The notes beneath the pieces were generated by a model. The model worked only from the letters and a program-made list of their open reading frames with translations. It did not search any database and had not been told where the DNA came from. A DNA stretch of 64,000 nt from contig CM075993.1 of NCBI GenBank assembly GCA_038087875.1, forward strand, positions 6,512,001-6,576,000. Reading direction: 5' to 3'. The position numbers and the translations under genes were made by a program. Positions 14,101-27,400 of this stretch are shown one piece after another. The first letter of the stretch is position 1. Every line of letters starts with the position of its first letter. Source of the DNA: Malacoraja senta. Taxonomy: Eukaryota.

Positions 14101-14475
14101 CTCCAAGCCAATGGTTTAGTTTGATGGCCTCTCAATAACCTGAAACGTTAGCCCCTGATCCGAGCTGTGCGAGAAGAGAAAGAGCAGCACGGTGGCGCAG
14201 GGGTAGAGTTGCTGCCTCACAGCGCCAGAGCCCCGGGTCCCCGGTTCGATCCTGACTCTGTCTGTGCTGTCTGTACGGAGTTTGTACGTTCTCCCTGTGA
14301 CCCGCGTGGATTTTCTCCGAGATCTTCGGTTTACTCCCACACTCCAAAGGCCTACAAGTTTGTAGGTTAGTTGGCTGATGTGACACACAATAAGCCCTTC
14401 AAACCAGCTCTGCCATTCAATAAGATCATGGCCTTGTCCTCCTCCCCTCCATTTAAAAATTCCAAGCTTTAATTA

Positions 14476-15069
14476 AGGGTCTGTCCCACTGCGGAGACCT
14501 AATTTGCGAGTTTAGAAAAGTTTGCGCTCGACTCAAACTCGCAGCATGGTCGACACGTGGTCCTAGGAGGTCTATGTAACTCTCCTTCATGCTCGAGAGA
14601 AGTTTCCTGCAGACTCGAGGCCTCAGTTTGGTCGAGGAGTATTCTTTAGCATGCTGAAAATTGACCCGGAGTAAAAATTGGTTGGCATGGAAAAAATTGA
14701 CATTTTTTTTACTCGTAGGTTTAGTCAAAGTAGGTCATAGTAGGTTGGCATGTTATTCGTAGGTAATCAAAGGCAATCGCAGGTAATCGAAGGAAGTCGT
14801 AGATAGTGTTAGTCTAGTCGAAGGTAGTCAAAAGTGGTCGTCTTCACTGTCCACTATTCGGTGTCCAATTCTACCGAAGCTGGTCGAAGCTAGTCTTCAA
14901 CATAGTCGAAGGAGGTCGAAGGAGGTCTTCTACATATTCGTAGGAGGTTCTCTACATAGTCGAAGGAGGTCGTAGCAGGTGTTCTACTTCGGCGATACAA
15001 CATGACCATGACAATTTGTTAAACTCTCCTAAACTCGCAAATGAGGGTCCCCGCAGTGGGACAGCCCCT
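14476..15069. mobile_element. PIF/Harbinger-like MITE
   Basis: TIR AGGG(T/G)CTGTCCCACTGCGG(A/G)GACC; TTA/TCA flanks; absent from copy A (about 49280). Confidence 0.8.
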
Positions 15070-16691
15070 TCAGGATTCGAACGCTGACAACATCCCAATC
15101 TAAAACAGCAGTTCCTTATCTTACGCTGGGCGTTTACTCAGAATTGACGGCCCGTGTTTTGAAATATACTATTTTGAAGGAAGAAAATCCCGCTACCATC
15201 ACATTCATGGTAAAACTCTATTTTAGTTTATTGCAACAAGGACAACTGTTTTTGATGATGTGTTTTGTGGCTTTCTTTGGTCTGTTTTAGTCGGCATGGA
15301 GATGCTCGGACTTGGGGAGGGTTGAATCCCGGTGAAAGGAATTCTGGCAAGCCTGGCTCGCCATCCACCGGGAATCCGGGAACCTGCCGGAGAGGGAAGC
15401 CACGGAGACGGGATGGAGGGAGATGGCAGCGGATGTTGGATACAGGGCCTGGTACTGGTGGCACGGTGGCACAGTGGTAGAGTTGTTGCCTTACAGCTTC
15501 GGAGAACCAGGTTCGATCCTGACTACGGGTGCTGTCTGTATGAAGTTTGTACGTGTAGGAAGGAACTGCAGATTTAAATCGAAAATAGACACAAAATGCT
15601 GGAGTAACGCAGCGGGACAGGCAGCATCTCTGGACAGAAGGAATGGGTGACGTTTCGGATCGAGACCCTGCTTCAGACTGAGCTGATCTCGACCCGAAAC
15701 GTCAACCATTCCTTCTCTATAGATGCTGCCTGTCCCGCTGAGTTACTCCAGCATTTTTGTGTCTATGTTTGAATTTTGTACATTCTCCGTGACCGCGTGG
15801 GTTTCCTCCAGCTGCTCCGGTTTCCTCACACACTCCAAAGACGTGCAGGTTTGCAGGTTAATTGGCTTGGTCTAATTGTAAAATTGTCCTAGTGTATGCA
15901 GGATAGTGTTAGTGTGCGGGGATCGCTGGTCGGCGCGGACTCGGTGGACCGAAGGGCCTGTTTCCTCGCTGTATCTCTGAACTAACGACACTCTAGAAAC
16001 TGTTTGATACCAACACCAACATTTCAGAAGTTGAACCAAATAGTAGTTGTGTTTAAAATGTGCAGGTGACATTGCAGAACTCTATCAAGCCTGAATCATA
16101 CATCTGCTCCCCTTACTCTCTGCAATGTGGTTGAAGCTGATAAGGTGCAGCTTGCTCTTGTACACAACAAATATATTATTTCCTTTTTGTTGATTACAAA
16201 CAGAATTTCTATCACTAATCTGAGGACATTTTACGCAATCATATTTTAATGCTGCAATATGTCACGATAAATGGTCATTCTACAAAGGGTATTCCCACCG
16301 TAGCCAGCAGGCCTGCTGAATTACTGCTTCCCACATCTCACACTGTTTAACAAACTGATCGCTGACAAAATTCTTTCAGGAAAAATCCCAATTGTACAGG
16401 ACCTATTCTCTCCGTTTCTCTCTCCATCTCTGTCCAACCATCTCCCAATCTATAACCACCCTCACCTGTATCCACCTATTACTTGTCAGGTTAGACACAA
16501 AACGCTGGAGTAACTCAGCGGGTCAGGCAGCATCTCTGGAGAGAAGGAATGTTGAAAGGTTTGGGGTCGAGACTCTTCTTCAGACTAGAGTCAGGGGAAA
16601 GGGAAAACGAGAGATATGGACGGTGATGTAAGAAGATATGGAAACAAAATGAATGAAAGATATGCAAACAATCTACAATGATAAAGGAAAT

Positions 16692-16891
16692 NNNNNNNNN
16701 NNNNNNNNNNNNNNNNNNNNNNNNNNNNNNNNNNNNNNNNNNNNNNNNNNNNNNNNNNNNNNNNNNNNNNNNNNNNNNNNNNNNNNNNNNNNNNNNNNNN
16801 NNNNNNNNNNNNNNNNNNNNNNNNNNNNNNNNNNNNNNNNNNNNNNNNNNNNNNNNNNNNNNNNNNNNNNNNNNNNNNNNNNNNNNNNNNN
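16692..16891. other. Assembly gap (200 N, true size unknown)
   Basis: Run of N. Confidence 1.
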
Positions 16892-17043
16892 GGTCTCTGG
16901 CGCTGTAAGGCCAGCAACTCCACCGCTGTGCCACCATGCTGCCCTGGGAAATTATTTCTGATCGATAGTATTAATAACTAATAAGTATGGGAAAACATTT
17001 CCGGTCAATGCTGTTAATAAATACTAAATAAAGACACATAATG

Positions 17044-18066
17044 TAGCAATGTTACATAATTTTGAGATTTAAAAAATCATGTCTGCAATTTATCCCATCA
17101 GATAAAGCATAAAAATAAGTTTAATTTGACACCTAATTCACTTTCATATCTTCAGTATTAAAAAGGTTATGGCCATTTTCAGACTCTGAAATTAGCAATT
17201 TGCTTTTCCATTGACTTAACTCAAAAGCTGTGATCAAGGACAGTCAAGAGCCCATAACTTTCTTAAAAATTAAGAGAACTGAATGAAATTTTCAGTTATT
17301 ATAGATTGAAGCATTCTGAAACAAATATGAAACAATCTTACTTGGATGACCTGAAATTAAAGCATATAATTAGTTAGTTACCCAATTGTAGCTAATTACA
17401 AAATTCAATTACTAGATCTAAATATCTATCCATTTCTTAAGAAAAAGTTAACATTTTTAAATAGCCTAAGTGTTCAAATAACATTCACACAAGAATTCAC
17501 AATATAACATGATTTTAAAATCTCATTGTCATGAATTTATAGGCCAAATGGAAGGAATTTAGTGTTTAATTCCCGTAAATTAATGGCCATTTAAATCATC
17601 TTGCGAGTGGGTTTTTGTGGAAGCGCTGGTTTGGAACGTTGTGGTGAATTTAAACCTCATATCGTCAGGAAAAATACTGCCGGTTCGTATATTTACATAA
17701 TGACATTTTCGCAACGTGAAATTTTGATTAAAGGCATCCTTAGAAGCAAGTTTATATATAAAATAAACGGTTTTCCTTTACCTGTCCCGTGCGTGAAATC
17801 CGTCCCCGTTGTCGGCGTTGACAGCTTTAGAAGATTATTTTTAATTTACTCCTGATCGTAAATTATCCAGTGCAGTTTAAAAGAAATTTAATAAAACGGC
17901 AGTCGAAGCGATTATTCTTTAGCTGCTAAACAGCCTGACAGACATCGACTTGAATAGGCTGGAGAAACAAGGCATTTTAAACCCGCCCCCCTCTCAAAGG
18001 CGCCAAAGTCGCGCACACGGGCAGTGACAGAACTGCAGGCTGAAGGTAAGTTTTGTAACATACCTA
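17044..18066. mobile_element. Non-autonomous DNA transposon with TAG...CTA ends
   Basis: Imperfect TIR TAGCAATGTTACATAA / TAGGTATGTTACAAAA; direct repeat CATAATG at 17037-17043 and 18067-18073; inserted in a Penelope repeat. Confidence 0.75.
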
Positions 18067-18378
18067 CATAATGCTGGAGTAACTCAGTGGGACAGGCAGC
18101 ATCTCTGGAGAGAAGGAACAGATATCGTCTCGGGTCGAGCCGATACGTCACCCATTCCTTCTCTCCAGAGATGCTGCCTGTCCCGCTGAGTTACTCCAGC
18201 ATTATGTGTCTATCTTTGATTTAAACCAGCATCTGCAGTTATTTCCTACACACTAAATAAAGGGAAGATTGTTACAGCCAAGCGTATTAATAAATAATTA
18301 TAGGAACATATTTCTGGTCATTGGTTCTGCTGATTATCATTTCCAGGTCAGAGGGTGACCGTTGACCTTTGAACTTAC

Positions 18379-18491
18379 CCCAGAGTCGAGGGATATGGAT
18401 AAGATGGGAGCAGGTTGCTTCAAAACAGTGAACTGCGCTATGGTGAAGGTGGAAGTAGCAGTCTCAAGAACCTTGTGGATTGTACCGTCTC
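18379..18491 (-). CDS. SEMA7A: SEMA7A-like copy A exon 11 ([38 protein letters not shown])
   Basis: ccccacag| acceptor, |GTAAGT donor, 113 nt; GTIHKV motif. Confidence 0.88.
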
Positions 18492-21400
18492 CTGTGGGGT
18501 GAAGAAGATTGGCCAGGGTTATGGAGAGGTGAGAACATTCACCATCCTCATACAAGGCATTCCACAGCGGATGGCAATACGAGTCAGTATGGATAGAACT
18601 GAGCAATTGTAAGGGTAAAAAGACCCGAACGGGAGTTTTCTACAGGCCCCGAAACAGTAGCCTGGATATAGGGTGCAAGTTGAATCAAGAGGTAAAATTG
18701 GCATGTAGCAAAGGTATATAGGGTGCAAGTTGAATCAAGAGGTAAAATTGGCATGTAGCAAAGGTAATGCTATGGTGGCTGTGGAGATTTCAACATGCAT
18801 GTAGACTGGGAAAATCAGGTTGGTACTGGACCCCAAGAAAGGGAGGTTGTGAAGTGTCTTCGTGATGGATTCTAGAACAACTTGTACTGGAGCCTACCAG
18901 GGAGAAGGCAATTCTGGATTTAGTATTGTGTAAATGAACCGGATTTGATAAGGGGACTCAAGGTAAAGGAGCCATTAGGAGGTAGTGACCATAATACGAT
19001 GTTATAATCTACAATTTGAGAGGGAGAATCGGAAGTGTCAGTATTACAGTTGAACAATGGGAACTATGGAGGCATGAGGGAGGAGCTGGCCAAAGTTGAC
19101 TGGAAAGAGACCCTAGCAGGGCTGACAGTGGAACAACAATGGCAGGTATTTCTGGAATAATACAGAAGGTGCAGGATCAGTTCATTCCAAAGAGGAAGAA
19201 CAGATTCTAAGGGGAGAAGAGGCAACAATGGCTGACAAGGGACGTCAGGGACAGTATAAAAATAAAAGAGAAGTATATAGCAAAGATGTGCATGAAGCCA
19301 GAGGATTGGGAAACTTTTAAAGAGCAACAGAAGATAACTATAAAGGGAACACGGGGAGAAAAGATGAGGTACGAAGGAAAGCTAGTCAAGAATATAAAGG
19401 AGGATAGTAAAATCTTCTTTAGTATGTGAAGAGGAAAACAATAGTTAAGACAAATGCGGGTCCCTTAAAGACAGTAACAGGTGAATTTATTATGGGGAAA
19501 CAAGGAAATGACAGATGAGTTGAACAGGTACTTTTGGATCTGTCTTCACTAAGGAAGACACAAGCAATCTCCCAGATATACTAGTGGCCAGAGTACCTAG
19601 GGTGATGGAGGAACTGTAGGAAATTCAAATTAGTCAGGAAATTGTGTTAGGTAGACTGATGGGCTGAAGGCTGATAAATCCCCATGGCCTGATGGTCTGC
19701 ATCCCAGGGTACATAAGGAAGTGGCTCTAGAAATCGTGGATGCATTGGTGATAATTTTCCAATGTTCTATAGACTCAGGATCAGTTCCTGTGGATTGGAG
19801 GGTAGCTAATGTTATCCCACTTTTAAGAAAGGAGGGAGAGAGAAAACAGGGAATTATAGACCAGTTAGCCTGACATCGATGGTGGGGAAGATGCTGGAGT
19901 CATTATAAAAGATGAAATAGCGGCACATTTGGACAGCAGTAACAGGATTGGTCCGAGTCAGCATGGATTTATGAAGGGGAATCATGCTTGACTAATCGTC
20001 TGGAATGTTATTAGGATGTAACTCGGAAATTGGACAAGGGAGAGCCAGTGGATGTAGTGTACCTGGACTTTCAGAAACCCTTTGATAAGGCCCCACATCG
20101 GAGATTAGTGAGCAAAATTAGAGCACATGGTATTGGGGTAGGTACTGACATGGATAGAAATTGATTGGCAGACAGGAAACAAAGAGTAGGGATTAACGGG
20201 TCCCTTCAGAATGGCAGGCAGTGACTAGTGGGGTAACCGCAAGGCTCGGTTGCTGGTACCACAGCTATTTACAATATACATTAATGATTTAGATGGGTGG
20301 CAGTGTGAACTGTGGGGAGGATGCTATGAGAATGCAGGGTGACTTGGATAGGTTGGGTGAGTGGGCAGATGCAAATTAATGTAGATAATGTGTGGTTATC
20401 CACTTTGGCGGCCAAGAACAGGAAGGCAGATTATTATCTGAATGGAGTCAAGTTAGGAAAAGCGAAGTACAATGAGATCTGGGTGTCCTTGTACATCAGT
20501 CCTGAAAGTAAGCATGCAGGTACAGCAGACAGTGAAGAAAGCTAATGGCATGTTGGCCTTCAAACGGTTGAGTATAGGAGCAAAGAGGTCCTTCTGCAGT
20601 TGGACAGGGCCCTGGTGAGACCACACCTGGAGTATTGTGTGCAGTTTTGGTCTCCAAATTTTAGGGACATTCTTGCTATTGACGGAGTGCAGCGTAGGTT
20701 CACAAGGTTAATTCCCGGCATGGCTGGACTGTCATACGTTGAAAAGAGTGGAGCGACTGGGCTTATGTACACTGGAATTTAAAGGATGAGAGAGGATCTT
20801 GTTGAAACATATACGATTATTAAGGGATTGGACACGCTAGAGGCAGGAAACATGTTCCCAATGTTGGGGGAGTGCTAGAACCAGGGCCACAGTTTAAGAA
20901 TAAGGGGTAGGCCATTTGAATGAATAAGTTTATTGGCCAAGTATCACATATAAGGAATTTGCCTTGGTGCTCCACCCGCGTGACAACATGACATACAGTG
21001 ACCGTTAAGAATGATACATAAAACATTAAACATTAATAATAAAACATTATTGATTAAACATGAATTAAATAAAATACCAGAGCAAAAGGAGGCTACAGAT
21101 TTTTGATTATTGAGTAGAGCTATTACTCATGAAAAAAGCTGTTTTTATGTCTGGCTGTGGCAGCTTTGACAGTCCGGAGTCGCCGTCCAGAAGGAAGTCA
21201 TTCAAAGAGTTTGTGGCCAGGGTGAGAGGGGTCAGAGATGATCTTACCCGCTCACTTCCTGGCCCTTGCAGTGTACAGTTCGTCAATGGAAGGAAGGTAG
21301 CAGCCAACAACCTTCTCAGCTGATCGGACGATTCGCTGCAGCCTCCGGATGTCGTGCTTGGTGGCTGAGCCAAATCAGACCATGATGGATGAGAGGACAG

Positions 21401-24400
21401 ACTCTACGATGGTCGTAAAGAATTGGACCATCATTGCCTGTGGCAGATTGTGCTTCCTCAGCTGCCACAGGAAGTATATCCTCTGTTGTGCCTTTTTGAC
21501 TGTAGAGTCGATGGTGGCCGCCCATTTAAGGTCCTGGAGATGATGGTACCCAGGAACTTAAAAGACTCCACAGATATGACTGCCGTATTGTTGATGGTGA
21601 GTGGGGTGAGGGGAGGGGGAGCTCTCCTAAAGTCTACAATCAATGACACTGTCTTAAGAGCATTGAGCTCTAGGTTGTTGCGATGGCACCAGGACGCCAG
21701 CTGTGTCACTTTAGAATGGAGATGAGAAAAACTTTTTCACCCAGGAGTTGTAAATCTGTGGAATTCTCTGCCTCAGAAGGCAGTGGAGGCCGATTCTCTA
21801 CATGCTTTCAAGTGAGTTAGATAGACCTCTTAAAGATAGCACAGTCAAGGGATATGGGGAGATGGCAGGACCGGGGTACTGATTGTAGATGATCAGCCAT
21901 GATCACAGTGAATGGCGGTGCTGGCTCGATGGGCCGAATGGCCTACTCCTGCACCTATTGTCTATTGTCAGAGATCCAGCTCAAACATCTCGGAGGAACA
22001 CTGTCCCAGGTTCATGTTCATAAATGATAGGAGCAGGATAGACCCATTCGGCCCATCTAGTCTACTCACCATTCAAACATGGCAGATCTACCTCTCCCTC
22101 CTAACCCATTCTCCTGCCTTCTCCTCATAACCGTGACACCTACACTAATCAAGAATCTATCTACACCTTAAAAATATCCACTGACTTGGCCTCCACAGCC
22201 TTCTTGGCAAAGAATTCCACAGATTCACCACCATCCGACAGAAGAAATTCCTCCTCATCTCCTTCGTAAAGGTATGTTCTTTTATTCTGAGGTTGTGCCT
22301 CTGGTCCCAGGCTCTCCCACTAGTGGAAACATCCTCTCCGCATCCACTCTATCCAGGCATTTCACTATTCGGTACGTTTCAATGAGGTCTCCCTCATCCT
22401 TCTAAACTCAGCAGGTAGAGGCCCAGTGCCATCAAACGCTCATCATATGTCAACCCACTCATTCCTGGATTATTCTCAGGACCTTCTCTGGACCCTTTCC
22501 AGCGCCAGCATATCGTTCCTCATGACATGGGCCCAAAAATTGCTCACAGTAAGTGGCCCGACCAGCGCCTTATAGAGCCTCAGCATTACATCCCTAGTTT
22601 TGTTTGCTAGTCTCTTGAAATAATGCGATCATTGCATTTGCCTTGACCTTATGATATCCACGTCACTAAACCTCAACCACAGAAAATGTATAAGTTGATC
22701 AGTTATACGAGCAGACGAGATATGACATCCAGGTTTAGGAACTGCTTCTCCCCAACAATCATCATAGTTTCAGGTGAAGGGGAAATGATTGAATAGGAAT
22801 CCGAGGGGTAACTTTTTCACACAAAGAGTGGTGGGTGTATGGAACAAGCTGCCAGAGGAGGTAGTTGAGGCTGGGACTATCCAACATTTAAGAATAGTTG
22901 GGACAGTTACATGGATAGGACAGGTTTGGACAGATAAGGACCAAGCGCAGGCAGGTGGGACTAATGTAGTTGGGACATGTTGGCCGGTGTGGCAGGTTGG
23001 GCCGAAGGGCCTGTTTCCACACTGTATCACTCTATAACAGGATATTAAACATTACGAATGCCAACTAACCTTCAAACTACATACTGTCTGAGCTGCACTC
23101 GGGACTTTGGGCTTTGTTTTGCACTGTATTGTTTTTTTAATTTATTGAACTTTTATTATGTAATATCTGCTACATATGACAATTAAACACTTGGCTCATA
23201 ACCTCATAAGTGATAGGAGAAACAAAATCGGCCATTCAGCCCATCAAGTCTACGCCGCCATTCAATCATGGCTGATCTATCTCTCCCTCCTAATCCCATT
23301 CTCCTGCCTTCTCCCATAACCTCTGACAACCGCACTAATCAAGATTTGCTGATTTATGGAATAGTAACCATTAGTTAGCCGAGTAGGCCTCTCTTGCCTG
23401 ATCTGTGACCTGGTATATGATTTTAGAGAGAGAGTATTGTGTGCAGTTCTGGTCTCCTAGTTGAGGAAGGGCATTCTTGCTATTGCGGGAGTGCAGCGTA
23501 GGTTCACCAGGTTAACTCCCCGGATGGCGGACTGACATATGATGAAAGAATGGATCGACTGGGCTAAAATTCACTGGAATTTAGAAGGATAAGAGGGGAT
23601 CTTATAGAAACATATCAAATTCTTAAAGGATTGAACAGGCTAGATGCATGAAAAATGTTCCCGATGTTGGGGAGTCCAGAACCAGGGGTCACATTTTAAG
23701 AATAAGGGGTAGGCATTTTGGACTGAGATGAGGAAAAACTTTTTCACAGAGAGTTGTGAATCTGTGGAATTCTCTGCCACAGAAGGCAGTGGAGGCAAAT
23801 TCACAGGATGTTTTCAAGAGAGAGTTAGATTTAGTTCTTACGGCTAACGGAACCAAGGAATATGAGGAAAAAGCAGGAACGGGGTACTGATTTTGGATGA
23901 TCAGCCATGATCATATTGAATGGCGGTGCTGGCTCGAAGGGCCGAATGGCCTACTCCTGATCCTATTTTCTATGTTTCTAATGTGTATCGACTGGCTATC
24001 AGCACCTACCCATAGCTAGGATCAGCAGTAGGGAGACCTCCATCTTCTGGCCAACAATGGGATCCACGATTATCTTCTTGATGTGTGGGTCATAACTGGT
24101 CATGAGTGGACGGCCTCCGATGGGATGAATCCAAGCCTCCATTTCAGGATGATCTCTATAATAGCGAGCACTTCGTCCGGCAATTCCTTTGTGTTTTTGA
24201 CACACTGCAGTGAAGAGGGAGCAATAACAGAAAGCGAGTTATTTGCCAGTCCAATGTGCTTCAGTGCAAAGGCAAAAGATCAGTGAGTACCAGACTCAGG
24301 AACAGCTTCTTCCCCTCTGTTACCAGATTTCAAACGGAATCAAGGGATATGGGGAGAAAGCGGGAACGGGTCCTGATTCTGGATGGACAGCCATGATCAC

Positions 24401-27400
24401 ATTGAATGGCGGCGCTGGCTCGAAGGGCCGAATGGCCTACTCCTCCACCTATTCTCTACGTTTCTATGTTCTGAACAGTCCTTCCATAAGTTGGGGAACT
24501 GTCTCATTCAACACGACCCCATTGTGGATGTTTTGTGTCTATGTATTGTTTGGTTTAGTATTAGTATAGTTTAGTGGAGATACAATGCGGAAACAGGCCA
24601 TTCGGCCCACCGAGGCCGTGCTGACCAGCGATCCCATGCACCAGCTCTATCCTATGCACTAGGGACAAATTTACAATTTGTACCAAAGCCAATTGACTTG
24701 TACGTCTTTGGAGTGTGGAGGAAACCAGAGTGCCCAGAGAAAACCCACGTGGTCACAGGGAGAACGTGCAAACTCCGTACAGACAGTATCCGGAGTCAGG
24801 ATCGAACCCGGGTCTCTGGCGCTGTCAGGCAGCCACTCTACCGCTGCACCACCGTGCTGCCCTAAACTGAACCACAGACACGCACGTACTGGTCCAATTC
24901 CCCCCACTGTACACCTCATGTGTAACGCAGATAGCCTGGCTCTCGATCGCCCCCTGCAGGGGAAGCTCGGAAGCCGCTGGTGATGACGGACGCGAGGAGT
25001 GGGCGGTGGGCGAGTAACTGGGGTAACCTTCAAGGTCGGCTGCAGCAGGCACCGACCCCGGGACACAGAGGTGGTCGGGCGGGTGAGGGGTGGGGGGGGA
25101 TGTCGGTTCACAGAAGCTAAACATCTCTGTCAACCTTCTCTGCCACGTAAGGTAGTGGAGGCCAATTCACTGGATGGTTTCTAGAGAGTTCGATTTAGCT
25201 CTTAGAGCTAAAGGAATCAAGGGATATAGGGAAAAAGCAGGAACGGTACTGATTTTAGATGATCAGCCATGATCATATTGAATGGCGGTGCTGGTCGAAG
25301 GGCCGAATGGCCTACGCCTGCACCTATGTTTCTATGCTTCTATCGACCATGATTCCTCACCGTGCCTGGTCTTGGTTACTGGAACAGGCCCATTGTTCCC
25401 AGTACCTTAAAGGCAGAAGTTACAAAGACTTCACTAATCTCCTTCATGGAGTAAACACACATGGCTGTTCCATTCCTGAAAAACAAAGACACCACAATTA
25501 GATCGGTCTTCAGCGTGTGGAAGAGAACTGGAACAAAGGTATTACTTGGAGGAACAGCACCTCATATTTCGCTTGGGCAGCTTACACACCAGCAGTATGA
25601 ACATTGACTTCTCTAACTTCAAGTAGCCCTTGCTTTCCCTCTCTCTCCATCCCCTCCTCCTTCCCAGTTCTCCCTCCAGTCCTACTGTCTCCGAGTACAT
25701 TCTATCTCCGTCCACCCACTCCCCTGACATCAGTCTGAAGAAGGGTCTCGACCCAAAACGTCACCCATTCCTTCTCTCCAGAGATGCTGCCTGTCCCGCT
25801 GAGTTACTCCAGCATTTTGTGTCCATCTTCGATTTAACCAGCACCTGCAGTTCTTTCCTACACAAAGTGTATCACTTCTCCTGCTCAGCAATGAAATCCA
25901 TGCTCTCTCTCTGAATGAGCTTGGATGCATTGTTATCTGATACGAATCATCTGTATGTCGATGACTACCATCTTGAAACTTCTACCGTAGTGGCTGCTCA
26001 GCGGTGAGGGGCGGCACGGTGGCACAACGGTAGAGTTGCTGCCTTCCACCGCCAGAGACCTGGGTTCGATCCTGACTAGGGGTGCTGTCTGCACGGAGTT
26101 TGTATGAGTGGGTTTTCTGCAGGTGTTCCGGTTTCCTCCCACACTCCAAAGACATGCAGGTTTGTCGGTTAGTTGGCTTTGGTAAAATTGTACTTTGTCC
26201 CTTGTGTGTAGGTTTGAGCTCGTGAGCGCTAACGTGATCGTGTTTCCACGCAGTATCGCTAAGGTCTAAAGTCGGAGTACTTTAGGGATTGATGGAACAG
26301 TTTTCAATATGTTGTCATGGTCATAAGATCAACCACGTTAGTTTAGTTTCGGGTTTAGTTTAGTTTAGAGATACAGTGCAGAAACAGGCTCTTCGGCCCA
26401 TGGAGTCCACGCCAACCGGTGATCCCCCACACACTAACACTATCCAACACACACGAGGGACAATTTACAATGTTACCAAGCCAATTAACCTACAAACCTG
26501 TACGTCTTTGGAGTGTGGGAGGAAACCGAACCACATACACACACGTACTATTGGAAGATGTCGGAGAAAGCCCATGCAGGTCACGGGGAGAACGCACAAA
26601 CTCTGTACAGACAGCACCTGTAGCCTGTGTAAGGCAGCAACTCTACCGCTGCGCCACCGTGCCTCCCACTTGTCCTGCATTTCCTGTGGACTCACCAATT
26701 ACTGCTAAACACGCCGTAGACCCTTGTTTCATCGTCAACGGGCGACTCGTAAATTAAGGTGTCTTCAATCCTGTTGAAGTGGACATTGTTGGCCGGCTCG
26801 TTACAGAGCAGGCGGGGCTTTGAGGAAGGTCGACCACTTCATCTGCAGTCGTCTCCTAGATCCACCATGGTCATCCTGTGGAGACAAGAGATCAGAGTCC
26901 ATGACGTCCCACACAAAGGGTTCTGAGGGTGTACGGAACGAGCTTGCAGAGGAGGTCGTTGAGGCACGGACCATCCCAACGATGAAGAAACAGTTAGACA
27001 GGTACATGGATAGGGCAGGTTTGGAGTGATATGGGCCAAACGCAGGCAGGTGGAACTAGTGTAGCTGGGACATGTTGGCTGATGTGGGCAAGTTGGGGCG
27101 AAGGGCCTATTTCCAAGCTGTATGACTCGATGAAGAGAGGATGTTTCCAATAGTGGGAGAGTCTGGGACCAGACGGCACAGCCTCAGAATAAGAAGACAT
27201 ATTATTCAAAAGGAGATGAGGAGGAATATTTCTTTAGCCAGAAGAAGGTAAATCTGTGGAATTCATTGCCACAGACAGCTGTGGAGGCCAAGTTATTGGG
27301 TATTTTTAAAGCAGAGATTGATAGGTTCTTGAGGAAAGATAGATCGGCCATGAGCAAATGTTGGAGTAGACTCAATGGCCAAAAGGCTTATTTCTGTTCC

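Larger units (their letters stand above)
1..16691. repeat. Segmental/tandem duplicate (copy B) of 42845-55346
   Basis: Colinear unique intronic sequence and shared TE junctions (e.g. 20-600 vs 42864-43450; 3700-4200 vs 46230-46740; 15070-15470 vs 49285-49700; 16390-16690 vs 51640-51830 + 55240-55346). Confidence 0.93.

Noticed and set aside
15228..15480. ORF conserved in both duplicates (also 49450-49845) with a plus-strand acceptor-like site
   Set aside because: No recognisable protein; an indel differs between the copies; conservation is explained by the recent duplication.
16892..18378. Exons 12-14 (PSI, Ig, GPI signal) of copy A
   Set aside because: No RDPYCGW-like or Ig-like coding sequence found here or in 1-16691; the region is occupied by repeats.
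18666..18764. Exact tandem duplication of about 50 bp
   Set aside because: Lies within a decayed CR1; slippage or assembly artefact with no sign of function.
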